Virus record (IMG/VR): IMGVR_UViG_3300027608_000011
Length of the DNA: 64,000 bases
Strand: one strand, 5' to 3'
From: a virus
Lineage: Duplodnaviria; Heunggongvirae; Uroviricota; Caudoviricetes
The position numbers and the translations under genes were made by a program. This document shows, piece by piece, positions 18,469 through 28,070 of the stretch. The notes below the pieces were generated by a model that searched no databases, was not told the DNA's origin, and saw only the letters and a program-made list of their open reading frames with translations. Each line of letters opens with the position of its first letter. Positions within the stretch are counted from its first letter, which is position 1.

Positions 18469-19231
18469 TCTTAGCAACATCGCTAGTATTGCGTTTTTGT
18501 TTACAATAGGATGGATTATTATAAATCCTGCAGATTGGTATTGGCTGGTAATTATGTTACTGTGGGAAAAGATTGTTATAGAGATTCTTAGTAAAGAGAT
18601 TGCTAGCCATAGATACTTTAGTCATAAAAGTTTTAAAACAGGAAAGTTCAGACACTATTTTTTAACAGCTTGTACAATATTTGGCCCAGGCGATCCTATT
18701 ACTATTACTGCTATGCATCGCAAGCATCATAAAAATGCAGATACCAAAGATGATCCTCACAGCCCAATGGACGGGGTGTGGAAGATTTTAAGTTATACAA
18801 TTTTTACAGAACAGTTACATACAAATTTACGTGCCCGTGCAAAAAGTTTTCCATGGCCGGTTGATTTAATACGCGATCCTGTTCTTGTATTCTGTCATAA
18901 ACATGCCAGTAAAGTGTTTACAGTTATATGTTTGTTGTTGGCCATTGTTAGTTGGAAGTTCGTTGTGTTTGTATTATTAACTGGCAGACGTGTGTTTCAG
19001 ATTAATACAATTATCTGCGGACTCATACTCACACATTCAAAGTTACCTGGCGGTTATAGAAATTTCGATACTGCTGATAACAGTTATAATACTCCGTGGC
19101 TTGGAATATTTCATCCCGGGGAAGCATACCACAACAATCACCACCACCAGCAAGGTGCATGGAATTTTGCAATGAAGCCAAATGAATTTGACAGTGTTGG
19201 ATGGATCATAGGAAAGGTATTTGCAAAATGA
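18434..19231 (+). CDS. delta-9 fatty-acid desaturase paralog 4 of 4
   Basis: HRYFSH, HRKHHKNADTKDDPHSP, GEAYHNNHHHQQ. Confidence 0.7.
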   Translation: MQKRIAYVKYINLSNIASIAFLFTIGWIIINPADWYWLVIMLLWEKIVIEILSKEIASHRYFSHKSFKTGKFRHYFLTACTIFGPGDPITITAMHRKHHKNADTKDDPHSPMDGVWKILSYTIFTEQLHTNLRARAKSFPWPVDLIRDPVLVFCHKHASKVFTVICLLLAIVSWKFVVFVLLTGRRVFQINTIICGLILTHSKLPGGYRNFDTADNSYNTPWLGIFHPGEAYHNNHHHQQGAWNFAMKPNEFDSVGWIIGKVFAK

Positions 19232-19776
19232 ATTACTATCCGTTAACTTTACCTATTACTAATCCACTTAATCCTAATTTTGTATTCCCCGATGTAACCA
19301 GCATACCTGATCCGTGGACCATATGGTTACCCGAAGCTAAAGATATATTGTCTGATGAAGTATTTGCATGGTTTAAAGAAATTAAGTCAATGCCACATTT
19401 TGTACATTTATTTTATGGCAAAGCAGGTCGCGAATGTAAAATACACACAGACGGAATTAAAAATCCAGTGCCTGCCGCAATCAATTGGGTACTGAGCGGA
19501 CAGTCCAGTGAAATGATATGGTACGACCCGTTGACTGAAGGTAACATAGAATACGTAACGGGTAGTAAGCGAGAACACATATATTGGTTAGACAACGAAG
19601 TTACAGAAATTGCAAGACATCAAATTACAGTACCAACATTAGTAAGAACAGATATACCACATAAGACAATAAACAATAGTAATGACGACAGATGGTGTCT
19701 TAGTGTTAGGTTTTGGCCGGGTAAGCCATGGAATAAAACTGTTGATATGTTAAAGGACTATATAAAGCCTCTTTAG
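19201..19776 (+). CDS. HxD-cupin paralog family member
   Basis: KIHTDG...AAINWVLSGQSSEMIWYD. Confidence 0.55.
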   Translation: MDHRKGICKMNYYPLTLPITNPLNPNFVFPDVTSIPDPWTIWLPEAKDILSDEVFAWFKEIKSMPHFVHLFYGKAGRECKIHTDGIKNPVPAAINWVLSGQSSEMIWYDPLTEGNIEYVTGSKREHIYWLDNEVTEIARHQITVPTLVRTDIPHKTINNSNDDRWCLSVRFWPGKPWNKTVDMLKDYIKPL

Positions 19777-19838
19777 TTCAATGGATAGAATTAGAGTCTT
19801 CGAAACTCAGGATGGTGGTTCGATTCCATCAAGGGGCG
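19767..19838 (+). tRNA. tRNA-Arg (anticodon TCG), tentative
   Basis: acceptor GCCTCTT/AAGGGGC (one G-U), loop CTTCGAA on a 4 bp stem, T-arm GGTGGTTCGATTCCATC, G73, CCA. Confidence 0.55.
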
Positions 19839-20260
19839 CCATTAAGGTTACGTGCAGTTCTAAGCACTGAACTCATAATTTTAAAATTGTTGCTGGCCAT
19901 TTCCAATAACTCGTTGGCTGGATTAGTACTAGTGCTAGCCATACCAAATGCTATTTCCCCCATATCAGCGAAATACTGTTTTGTAGGCCATTTGCTATTC
20001 TTAATTTGCCAGCCATCGATGAATAAACATTCTTCTCCAATATCTTGTAATGCATTGGCCTTTCGTGTTCCAAACAAAGATTGAGCAGTTAGTATTTTAA
20101 GTGAAATAGGTTGTTCCCAAATATTAGTGCGTTCCATTGTTTTGGCAATCACATGAACCAAAAATGCTTCCACTTCAGTATCCAAAATTATATGACTTTT
20201 ACCCTGGGCTTCCATTACAATTTCCCAGCCTGCTTTAACGTATGGTTGCCAATATTTCAT
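19829..20260 (-). CDS. hypothetical protein (143 aa)
   Basis: ORF; 3' end abuts the tRNA on the opposite strand. Confidence 0.45.
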   Translation of the reverse strand: MKYWQPYVKAGWEIVMEAQGKSHIILDTEVEAFLVHVIAKTMERTNIWEQPISLKILTAQSLFGTRKANALQDIGEECLFIDGWQIKNSKWPTKQYFADMGEIAFGMASTSTNPANELLEMASNNFKIMSSVLRTARNLNGAP

Positions 20261-20275
20261 AAAAATATTTATGTT

Positions 20276-20304
20276 GACACGTAAATGAATATATAGTATA
20301 ATAC
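20276..20304 (+). promoter_or_regulatory. sigma70-type promoter TTGACA-17-TATAAT upstream of tRNA-Arg(TCT)
   Basis: consensus hexamers. Confidence 0.5.
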
Positions 20305-20312
20305 AGTATTAC

Positions 20313-20384
20313 CTGGCGTTCGTTCAATGGACAGGACAACATTCTTCTAAAGTGTGAATAGTGGTTCGATTCCACTACGCCGGG
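20313..20384 (+). tRNA. tRNA-Arg (anticodon TCT)
   Basis: acceptor CTGGCGT/ACGCCGG, AC stem ACATT/AGTGT loop CTTCTAA, T-arm AGTGGTTCGATTCCACT, G73, CCA. Confidence 0.7.
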
Positions 20385-20406
20385 CCAGTTAACATAAAGG
20401 AAATAT

Positions 20407-20607
20407 ATGGCACGTATTACATCTGAAGAAGCAGTAAATGCTATCGGGAACCGTTTTGATTTGGTATTAATTGCGTCAGCGCGAGCAAGGGAACTAATGC
20501 GCGGCCATCGTGCAAAAGTAGAAAGCAATAACAAGCCCATTGTTACAGCCCTTAGAGAAATTGAACAGGGCAAAATTGGTAGAGATTATCTAAATAAAAT
20601 TAAATAA
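20407..20607 (+). CDS. rpoZ: DNA-directed RNA polymerase omega subunit homolog
   Basis: 66 aa [30 protein letters not shown]...[13 protein letters not shown] aligns over its length with E. coli RpoZ ([30 protein letters not shown]...VIALREIEEGLI). Confidence 0.8.
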   Translation: [66 protein letters not shown]

Positions 20608-20626
20608 TATACAAAATGGAGTTAAT

Positions 20627-20824
20627 ATGGAAATATCTCGAGTAGCAGAACAAAATGCAGAAATGTATCGACTAATGGAAATTAAAAAGTTAGATCAACG
20701 CCACGAGGAACTTAGAGTAGAAGCAGAGCGTGTTAAAGCACGTATAAAAGATAACGAAGATAAACGAATAGAAATGAATCGCCAAATGAATCGAGCGGGA
20801 CAAAACGTAGACAAGTTAGCGTAA
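20627..20824 (+). CDS. small charged coiled-coil protein (65 aa)
   Basis: ORF with SD; Glu/Arg/Lys-rich heptad-like sequence. Confidence 0.45.
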   Translation: MEISRVAEQNAEMYRLMEIKKLDQRHEELRVEAERVKARIKDNEDKRIEMNRQMNRAGQNVDKLA

Positions 20825-20833
20825 AGGAAAATT

Positions 20834-21373
20834 ATGCCATGGATTCAAAACGTTGGAATGGGTGATATTAAACTGGGCCATCACTTTGACCCAGGTGTCA
20901 ATGCTATGCTGATTCAAATTGTGGATCCGCCCGGCAACTTTCCCACTCCGTTGTACACATTCAAACAAGTTCATCAGTTCCAATTCCTTGATGTAGAGGA
21001 AAAGGATAAAGTTGACGATGAAGAAATGCGTTGTAGCCAAGAGCAGGCCGATGAACTTGTTCGACTACTAGAACACGCATTGGATAACAGAATGAATGTA
21101 ATTGTTCATTGCCATGCTGGTATTTGCCGTAGCGGCGCAGTATGTGAAGTTGGTGTTATGTTGGGCTTTAACGACACAGAAATGTTCCGTAGTCCCAATC
21201 TGCTGGTCAAGCATCGCATGATGAAAGCCTTGGGGTGGACATATGACGAACAGGAGTCTCACTCTGTCAATGGGACTCCTGTTGACGAAGACTGGGGCAA
21301 CAAGTATGAAAAAGTGTATACACTGGCCGATGCTCGCCGCAAGTACAGAGAAAATTACGAAGGTGATATCTAA
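20834..21373 (+). CDS. protein-tyrosine/dual-specificity phosphatase
   Basis: CX5R signature VHCHAGICRSGA. Confidence 0.75.
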   Translation: MPWIQNVGMGDIKLGHHFDPGVNAMLIQIVDPPGNFPTPLYTFKQVHQFQFLDVEEKDKVDDEEMRCSQEQADELVRLLEHALDNRMNVIVHCHAGICRSGAVCEVGVMLGFNDTEMFRSPNLLVKHRMMKALGWTYDEQESHSVNGTPVDEDWGNKYEKVYTLADARRKYRENYEGDI

Positions 21374-21801
21374 TGTTAGACTGTTTAATTTTAGGTGATA
21401 GCATTGCAGTAGGTACCCAACAGTTCAGACCTGAATGTGTAGCGTATGCAAAAGGCGGCATTAATAGTTGGCAATGGAATAAACAAAACAAGCAACAAAG
21501 CCTTGCCGCCAAAACAGTTATTATAAGCCTGGGATCAAATGATCATGCAGGTGTGCGAACATTATGGGAATTACAAGAACTAAGACGAAGAGTATTTGCT
21601 GACAAAGTTTATTGGATTTTACCAGCTGGTAATCATCCCAAAAGCGATGTTAGTATAGTGGATGTACAAAAAATGGTTAAATTAGTAGCTGACGATTACA
21701 ATGACGTAGTATTACCAATACTGTCGTTGCAATCGGATAAAATACATCCAAGTCGGAAAGGCTATAAAGCACTAGCAGAGGAAACTAAAAATGGTAACTA
21801 G
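21373..21801 (+). CDS. SGNH/GDSL hydrolase (esterase/lipase)
   Basis: ILGDSIAVG block I and LGSNDH block. Confidence 0.55.
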   Translation: MLDCLILGDSIAVGTQQFRPECVAYAKGGINSWQWNKQNKQQSLAAKTVIISLGSNDHAGVRTLWELQELRRRVFADKVYWILPAGNHPKSDVSIVDVQKMVKLVADDYNDVVLPILSLQSDKIHPSRKGYKALAEETKNGN

Positions 21802-22012
21802 AACAAGAGAAGTAGTTGTAGTAAATAAATGTCAGTGTAAACTATGCCTGGATATTATTGAAAGCAGACACCGACATGATTTTGTATCTTGTAAGTGTGG
21901 TGCCATATTCACTGATGGCGGCAAGGAATACATTCGTCGTGGAGCAAAAGAACTCAGCGACATTGTTGACCTAAGTGAAACATATACAGAGGAGTACGAA
22001 TCAGAATGGTAA
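21791..22012 (+). CDS. small zinc-ribbon protein (73 aa)
   Basis: CQCKLC...CKCG cysteine pairs. Confidence 0.45.
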   Translation: MVTRTREVVVVNKCQCKLCLDIIESRHRHDFVSCKCGAIFTDGGKEYIRRGAKELSDIVDLSETYTEEYESEW

Positions 22013-22121
22013 CTTATATATTAATAATCGGCGGCGTATTGTCAGTCGTATGGGCATTTTATAAATTAAGAGATTTGTATTATCTTATTAAGATTACAAA
22101 TGAAATACACGACGACACAAA

Positions 22122-22772
22122 ATGAATGATCTATTATATGGTGCATTAGACATCCCTGAAATAGATAGAAAAAAAGCACTATCTGAAATTAAAAACTTAA
22201 CTTTATTTAAGTATTGGTTTTGGGATAGTTATAGAGCAACTACTATGCTTCCGGTGATGACTCTACACGGGAGACCTGAAAATGTAAGTCATTATACAGA
22301 AGGTAGCGGTACTGGAGATTTTGCATGGACCAGTTATGCTCCTCCTACTCTCAGAGAATATTGCGAAAAGTATATATTGCCTATCACTGGTAACACACGT
22401 ATTATGGTACTGGCAACAAAGCCCGGGCAAGAAAATAAGGAACATATTGATTGTGATCCTTCATCCTTTGGATTATTACAACATAAATTAAGATTTGTAT
22501 TACAGGGACGAACAGACAGTCTTTATTTTATTACAAAGAACGGAGAACGAGTGCATATACCTAACACATCTAAACCATTTATTATGGACGGCAGTTGGCC
22601 ACACGGAATGATTAATAATTTCGAATTAGTAAAATATACAGTGGCATTTGGATCTCCGTGGCAAGGCAATCATGAATATAATCAACTAACCGACGTATTG
22701 TATAGGTCTAATTATGAGCTTCCAGAAAACTATCCAACGTACTTTGATCAAAGCAAACCTGACGGATCCTAA
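22122..22772 (+). CDS. HxD-cupin paralog family member
   Basis: 216 aa; EHIDCD motif. Confidence 0.45.
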   Translation: MNDLLYGALDIPEIDRKKALSEIKNLTLFKYWFWDSYRATTMLPVMTLHGRPENVSHYTEGSGTGDFAWTSYAPPTLREYCEKYILPITGNTRIMVLATKPGQENKEHIDCDPSSFGLLQHKLRFVLQGRTDSLYFITKNGERVHIPNTSKPFIMDGSWPHGMINNFELVKYTVAFGSPWQGNHEYNQLTDVLYRSNYELPENYPTYFDQSKPDGS

Positions 22773-22968
22773 GTTAGAGTATCTTAAAGTAAGAGTAGGT
22801 CGTCATGGTTGGAAGTCATTATTACAATGGTGTATTGCATCATTGCCCGCCGGCGAAGATGAGTGGATTCCAGTTCCTACCGCTGGGTATTTTTTAATGA
22901 CTAAAGAATCATATTTTTTATATAGGTTACATCATGGCGACAGGTCAGCTATACACCAAGAAACTTAA
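22714..22968 (+). CDS. small hypothetical protein (84 aa)
   Basis: ORF. Confidence 0.35.
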   Translation: MSFQKTIQRTLIKANLTDPKLEYLKVRVGRHGWKSLLQWCIASLPAGEDEWIPVPTAGYFLMTKESYFLYRLHHGDRSAIHQET

Positions 22969-23263
22969 ACGATTAGATAAACGATTCAGCTCATATGATC
23001 GTTTCAAGTATCTAATTGAATTTAACGGTCAAAGGCGCCAGCTTGGCTTAATAGAACTAAGGAACTGGTGTTGGAAAACATTCGGCCCCGGGGTTGAAAT
23101 TTCGTCCATGGATCATTGGTGGTCACATTTAGATGATTCTGAAAAAGATTATTACGGACTTAGTAATAATTGGGCATGGAAAGATGAAGAGTATTCAAAT
23201 CGAATCTACATTAAAGGAGACGAAGAGCTTTTAATGTTACGACTAAGTGGGTTTATTACTTAA
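22934..23263 (+). CDS. small hypothetical protein (109 aa)
   Basis: ORF. Confidence 0.4.
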   Translation: MATGQLYTKKLKRLDKRFSSYDRFKYLIEFNGQRRQLGLIELRNWCWKTFGPGVEISSMDHWWSHLDDSEKDYYGLSNNWAWKDEEYSNRIYIKGDEELLMLRLSGFIT

Positions 23264-23505
23264 TGATAAAGTGGCGTGAACTCAAACCGTTAAGATTGCA
23301 GGCTTATAGGCTTCAAGACCCATCATGGCCTAGTAATCCTGGATACCCCGGAGGATCCAGCAATCCAACCTATCTTAAAGAAGAAGACTTCTACCCAATA
23401 GTAGAATGGTGTGAACAAACCGGGTGTGGCCGTCGAATGTCATTTGATCAATTTTGGTTTTATAACCAGCAAGAACTGCTGATGTTTACATTGAGGTGGG
23501 CATGA
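23263..23505 (+). CDS. small protein with C-terminal MFTLRWA motif (paralog of 24715..24924)
   Basis: shared C-terminal motif. Confidence 0.4.
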   Translation: MIKWRELKPLRLQAYRLQDPSWPSNPGYPGGSSNPTYLKEEDFYPIVEWCEQTGCGRRMSFDQFWFYNQQELLMFTLRWA

Positions 23506-23560
23506 GCTTTAATGTTTGGCAGTTTAAGAATGAAAAACAAATCACCATGTTCTTAATTAA

Positions 23561-24718
23561 GTGGGCAGAATGAATACGCAGGCAATAACACGCAATACCC
23601 TAGCAGGCATTACCACAAGTCTTGCTATGGTGCCAGAGGTTGTGGCCTTTGCACTATTAGCACACGTTAATCCCTTAGTAGGTTTGTATGCCGCAGTTAT
23701 ACTAGGACTAGTCACTGCTTTGTTTGGAGGCAGACCTGGCTTGATAAGTGGAGGTGCTGGTAGCTTGGCTGTGGTCAGTGTGGCACTGGTTGTAACACAT
23801 GGAGTAGAATACTTGTTTGCCTGTATTGTGCTTATGGGTGCGATACAGTTTGCGTTTGGAGCGTTCAAGTTAGGCAAGCTAATCAAGCTGGTATCGCCCA
23901 GTGTAATGACAGGCTTTGTGAATGGATTGGCTTTGGTAATTTTTATGGCACAGTTTCATGAAATTCCTGCCCAAGGATTTGCCTTGTACTCTATGTTGGG
24001 ATTAATCGGCGTAACTATTCTCGGAGTACTAATTGCTCCACGGATTACTCGGCATATACCGGGAAGTTTGTTTGGTATTGTGCTTGTGACTGCTGTGGTA
24101 TATGCGTTTGGCATCACAACAAAAACAGTAGGAGACATAGCTCATATTAGTGGAGCCATGCCCTCATTCCATTTACCTAACGTGCCATTCACATTAGAAA
24201 CATTATGGATCGTGCTACCCTACAGCGTGATACTGGCCGCGGTTGGCCTAATTGAAACACTACTAACTGCCAACTTAGTGGACAAGACCATTGGCGGAAC
24301 AAATCAGCCCAACAGGGAAAGCATGGCTCAGGGTGCAGGTAATGTGTTGACAGGCCTGTTTGGTGGCATGGGCGGTTGCGCTATGATTGGGCAAACTGTT
24401 ATCAACTTGGAAGCAGGTGGACATCACCGTTTGGCAGGCGTAGTGGAAGCATTGGCCATCCTAGCTTATATTGTGTTTGCTAGTTTCATAATTGAATCAA
24501 TACCTATTGCGGCCCTGATTGGTGTCATGTGTGTAGTGTGCTATCACACATTTGATTGGAGCAGTTTATCTTTTAAAGGTAAGCCAAGACAAGACATTGC
24601 TGTGATGCTGACAGTTACCGTGGCCACAGTTGTATTCAATTTAGCCTATGCCGTTTTACTTGGAGTAGTATTGACCAGCATGTTATACTACTGGAAACAT
24701 ATCGCAAGCAAAACATGA
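23561..24718 (+). CDS. SulP-family-like anion permease transmembrane domain (sulfate/bicarbonate-transporter-like, no STAS domain)
   Basis: 385 aa polytopic membrane protein; N-terminal LAGITTSLAMVPEVVAFALLA resembles the SulP signature. Confidence 0.5.
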   Translation: MGRMNTQAITRNTLAGITTSLAMVPEVVAFALLAHVNPLVGLYAAVILGLVTALFGGRPGLISGGAGSLAVVSVALVVTHGVEYLFACIVLMGAIQFAFGAFKLGKLIKLVSPSVMTGFVNGLALVIFMAQFHEIPAQGFALYSMLGLIGVTILGVLIAPRITRHIPGSLFGIVLVTAVVYAFGITTKTVGDIAHISGAMPSFHLPNVPFTLETLWIVLPYSVILAAVGLIETLLTANLVDKTIGGTNQPNRESMAQGAGNVLTGLFGGMGGCAMIGQTVINLEAGGHHRLAGVVEALAILAYIVFASFIIESIPIAALIGVMCVVCYHTFDWSSLSFKGKPRQDIAVMLTVTVATVVFNLAYAVLLGVVLTSMLYYWKHIASKT

Positions 24719-24924
24719 CAGTTACACTACCATACGATCCGGTTTGGACAGCTTTAGATTGGGCTAAGACACATTGCCCTAGTTATATCACAAATGAGTC
24801 TGTTAATACCACAAGACTAAAGAAGGTGCCAGGTGGCTGGGTTAGGGTTAATGACCCTAACATTGTGTATTTCTTCAGTGACGAAAAAGATGCATTACTG
24901 TTTGCCCTGAGGTGGGCCGGTTGA
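24715..24924 (+). CDS. small protein with C-terminal LFALRWAG motif
   Basis: paralog of 23263..23505. Confidence 0.4.
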   Translation: MTVTLPYDPVWTALDWAKTHCPSYITNESVNTTRLKKVPGGWVRVNDPNIVYFFSDEKDALLFALRWAG

Positions 24925-25002
24925 CAATAAATCAAATATATTGTATACTATGTAAACGGAATCCGGTAGTCAGACGTTAAATATATATACAAGGAGTTTA
25001 AC

Positions 25003-25335
25003 ATGAAAAAACTGCTAATTACATTGGCCTTAGTAGCCGCAAGCATTGTCCCAGCTCAGGCCCAACACAGGCATGGCGGACACGGGCACCACGGATATCG
25101 AGGCGGATATGGTTACGGTTGGGTAGCCCCGGCAGTTATTGCAGGCTTTGGTACTGCATTGTATCTGCAAAATCAGCGACCTGTATATGTTGAACAGCAA
25201 CCGGTATATGTTTATCCTCCAGTATACCCACAACAACCAATTGTGCAACAAGCACCGCAATGTCCTGCGGGATACAGACCAGAAGTAGTGTTTGATCCAT
25301 CTAGGAACACAAACATTATAGCGTGTACGCAATAA
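25003..25335 (+). CDS. secreted Gly/His/Tyr-rich protein (110 aa)
   Basis: signal peptide; HGGHGHHGYRGGYGYGW; promoter TTGACA-17-TATACT at 24926; strong SD. Confidence 0.55.
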   Translation: MKKLLITLALVAASIVPAQAQHRHGGHGHHGYRGGYGYGWVAPAVIAGFGTALYLQNQRPVYVEQQPVYVYPPVYPQQPIVQQAPQCPAGYRPEVVFDPSRNTNIIACTQ

Positions 25336-25340
25336 AAACA

Positions 25341-25364
25341 AAAGCCCCGAAAGGGGCTTTTTTA
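25341..25364 (+). terminator. rho-independent terminator
   Basis: GCCCCGAAAGGGGC hairpin followed by TTTTTT. Confidence 0.75.
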
Positions 25365-25964
25365 TCTCCACTGTTTTATCAGTCCCTTTGATTCTAAATA
25401 ATCTCTGGCTTGGTCAAATTTATTTGGCTTTATATGCCAGCTGGCCAGCACTCTAGTTTTCCTTCCTCGATTCTTAACATCATGTGGAAGGGTTACATTA
25501 AGTAACGTTGGCTCAGTACAATTAAATGTATATACTGGCTTAGGCATATTTGCCGGCCCGCATCGAATAACATTATACCACATTGCTCTACTCATCATCT
25601 GATTAGTGGTACTGGGTTGATCCCAGTTAGGATCATCTTCCGGTATATCATAATAATTAGTTGACGTATGCTCGTCGCAGTCATATACTGGAATGTTTAG
25701 TACTGCATTACGTGGATACTGTTCTGTTTTATCTATGTGTAATGGAAATGTATAAGCAGGTAAAATTTTAAACCACCCCAAATGATTGTCTAAGAAATCA
25801 TATTTGTCCATTAATGATTTAAAGTAAGGTACATTGGCAGGATTTTCATCACCATAACCTACTGCTATAGACTTAGCATAGTGCGTTTGATAATGGTTTT
25901 GAAAAAATGATAAGTCGTATTCAAAGTCAACTGGTAGTGCAATGTCATAATTATAGTTGGTCAT
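25362..25964 (-). CDS. HxD-cupin paralog family member
   Basis: LHIDK...AVLNIPVYDCDEHTSTNYYD. Confidence 0.55.
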   Translation of the reverse strand: MTNYNYDIALPVDFEYDLSFFQNHYQTHYAKSIAVGYGDENPANVPYFKSLMDKYDFLDNHLGWFKILPAYTFPLHIDKTEQYPRNAVLNIPVYDCDEHTSTNYYDIPEDDPNWDQPSTTNQMMSRAMWYNVIRCGPANMPKPVYTFNCTEPTLLNVTLPHDVKNRGRKTRVLASWHIKPNKFDQARDYLESKGLIKQWR

Positions 25965-26036
25965 AATTATATTTATAGTTAATGGTTTCTAGTTTTACCA
26001 TTTTTCCAATAAATATAAGAGCAAACAGGGGATACT

Positions 26037-26543
26037 ATGGCAACAATGATGCGAGGCCCAGCAGGGGCACGTGGCCCAGCAGGGGCACAAGGAATTCCAG
26101 GTAAAGCTGGACCAAAAGGCGACCGTGGTCCAGCTGGCGGAGCAACAGGACCGCAAGGACCAAAAGGCGATGTTGGACCACAAGGACAACAAGGAGTGAC
26201 TGGCAATGACGGCGCCCGCGGCCCAAAAGGAGATGTTGGACCAATCGGTGACACTGGACCACGTGGTATGGCTGGGCCTGCTGGCCCACAAGGTGAGCGC
26301 GGCCTCCAAGGAGATCCTGGTCCACGCGGTTTACTTGGACAAACTGGTGCAAGTGCATATGAATTGGCAGTATCGCACGGATTCCAAGGAAATGAATCAC
26401 AATGGATTAGTAGTCTTACACCTATTTCTAATATTCCTACAGGAGGAATTATTATGTGGGATGGACCTGTACAAAGTATTCCCGTTGGATGGTTATTGCA
26501 TGGTCAACAAGCTGATATTTGTTACATTAAAAAAACAGCCTGA
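26037..26543 (+). CDS. collagen-like triple-helix repeat protein with C-terminal globular domain
   Basis: about 30 uninterrupted G-X-Y triplets ([29 protein letters not shown]...). Confidence 0.8.
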   Translation: MATMMRGPAGARGPAGAQGIPGKAGPKGDRGPAGGATGPQGPKGDVGPQGQQGVTGNDGARGPKGDVGPIGDTGPRGMAGPAGPQGERGLQGDPGPRGLLGQTGASAYELAVSHGFQGNESQWISSLTPISNIPTGGIIMWDGPVQSIPVGWLLHGQQADICYIKKTA

Positions 26544-26578
26544 TAATTTAATTATAGTTGTAGTTAATAAATATCAGT

Positions 26579-27127
26579 ATGGACCAATACTTCAGTCAGG
26601 TTAACTCAATTAAAATATCCCCAAGTGATCAAACTATAATTTTTAATAACTGTAAAGACGTAGTTAGACGAGGGGTAGGGTATCCAGTTAAACGAGAATT
26701 GCTAGAACCGTTTCTCAGTGAATTTTATAAACTCTATCCAGAAAAGTTATTCCACAAAGTTTTTGGTATATACCTAACTGATCCCGACGCTACTAAAACT
26801 GATCCATTCTGGACCATCCACCAAGACATGCGTCCGTGTGCGCTAAACATACCAATCCACAATTGTGGTGAAGGTGCAGATACCGTTATATTTGATGATA
26901 CTAAATTACAAAGCAAAGCAACATATAACAACGAAATAAAAAGAATGAATTTTTTATTAACTGGAGAAAAAATAGTATTGACAAAGTATACTCAAGACAT
27001 GTATACTACATATCTATTAAACGCACATCAGCCTCATTGCGCCAGTAACTTGTCTAGGCCTAATAGGATGATTTTGAGTTTAGGACCAAACATGCCATAC
27101 AAAGAAGCATTAGCAACTTTTAAATGA
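26579..27127 (+). CDS. HxD-cupin paralog family member
   Basis: IHQDMRPCALNIPIHNCGEGADTVIFDD. Confidence 0.6.
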   Translation: MDQYFSQVNSIKISPSDQTIIFNNCKDVVRRGVGYPVKRELLEPFLSEFYKLYPEKLFHKVFGIYLTDPDATKTDPFWTIHQDMRPCALNIPIHNCGEGADTVIFDDTKLQSKATYNNEIKRMNFLLTGEKIVLTKYTQDMYTTYLLNAHQPHCASNLSRPNRMILSLGPNMPYKEALATFK

Positions 27128-27176
27128 TTGATATGATAGTAAATACACTATCATACATTAACACACAGGAGAATTT

Positions 27177-27440
27177 ATGACAGTAACAGCCGAACAAATC
27201 CAAGCAGAATTTATTGATTTAATTAAAACGGTACTACGTAGAAAAGATACTGATTCTTACACCGGCGATACTGATCTGATCAAAGACTTAGACCTAGATA
27301 GCCTAGACATTCTAGAAGTTCTAGTTGAAATTCAAGAGAAGTACGAATTTGATATTCCTGATAAAAAGGATGCAGAGCGTTTGACTACAATTGGTTCAGC
27401 TAGTGCTTTCATTGCTGAACTTATTAATCGCAAAGCCTGA
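27177..27440 (+). CDS. acpP: acyl carrier protein
   Basis: 87 aa acidic protein with DLDLDSLDILEVLVEIQEKYEFDIPD (DSL phosphopantetheine-attachment motif). Confidence 0.8.
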   Translation: MTVTAEQIQAEFIDLIKTVLRRKDTDSYTGDTDLIKDLDLDSLDILEVLVEIQEKYEFDIPDKKDAERLTTIGSASAFIAELINRKA

Positions 27441-28016
27441 TACCAAACTATCATACTCAGGGTTATCCACAAATCGCAACGATGCGACTACACGATGACT
27501 AGGATTGGTTCGGTTATCCACGTTGTGCCAGCTGTCTGTTTTGACCAATCTGACTTCGTTTAACGGAGGCATTGTTTCAACTGGTTCCCAATTAGTTTGA
27601 TCCAAACTGTCAGGAGCCAAATAAAAGTTGTATCCTTTTCTGTGCTCTTTGATTAATCTGGTTAGGCCTTCCGGATCGCTACGATCTTGATACCATACTT
27701 GTACTCCACTATCGCAGTTAAACAAGGGAATATTTAAAGCACATCGTTTAAATGGGAAATCATGCAAGTTACCATCAATGTGTATTCCACCAAAACTTTT
27801 TGCTTTGGTAACAAAGAACTTAACAGTAACAACAGGGCACACTGACTCAATCCAATTGAAGACCTTAATTGACCTTAATCGGTCAGGTAACATATCTGCA
27901 TAGTCGTGCGTTCCTTTTTGGTCCATTAAATCTTTGAATTCGGACAAGAATGTAGTTTGCAGTTTGGATTTTAACTGTGAGAAATCTGCAACAATTGGAG
28001 TAAAATAAGTTGACAT
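27396..28016 (-). CDS. HxD-cupin paralog family member
   Basis: IHIDGNLHDFPFKRCALNIPLFNCDSGVQVWYQD. Confidence 0.6.
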   Translation of the reverse strand: MSTYFTPIVADFSQLKSKLQTTFLSEFKDLMDQKGTHDYADMLPDRLRSIKVFNWIESVCPVVTVKFFVTKAKSFGGIHIDGNLHDFPFKRCALNIPLFNCDSGVQVWYQDRSDPEGLTRLIKEHRKGYNFYLAPDSLDQTNWEPVETMPPLNEVRLVKTDSWHNVDNRTNPSHRVVASLRFVDNPEYDSLVSGFAINKFSNESTS

Positions 28017-28070
28017 TAATTGGATTATATTGTATAATTTACTTATGTACTACGACTTAAGGAGTCAACA

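Noticed and set aside
25979-26604. Overlapping ORFs on both strands around the collagen-like gene (25979-26254, 25995-26309, 26035-26400, 26206-26604)
   Set aside because: Gly-X-Y triplet periodicity keeps alternative frames open. Only 26037-26543 has an SD and a coherent collagen repeat.
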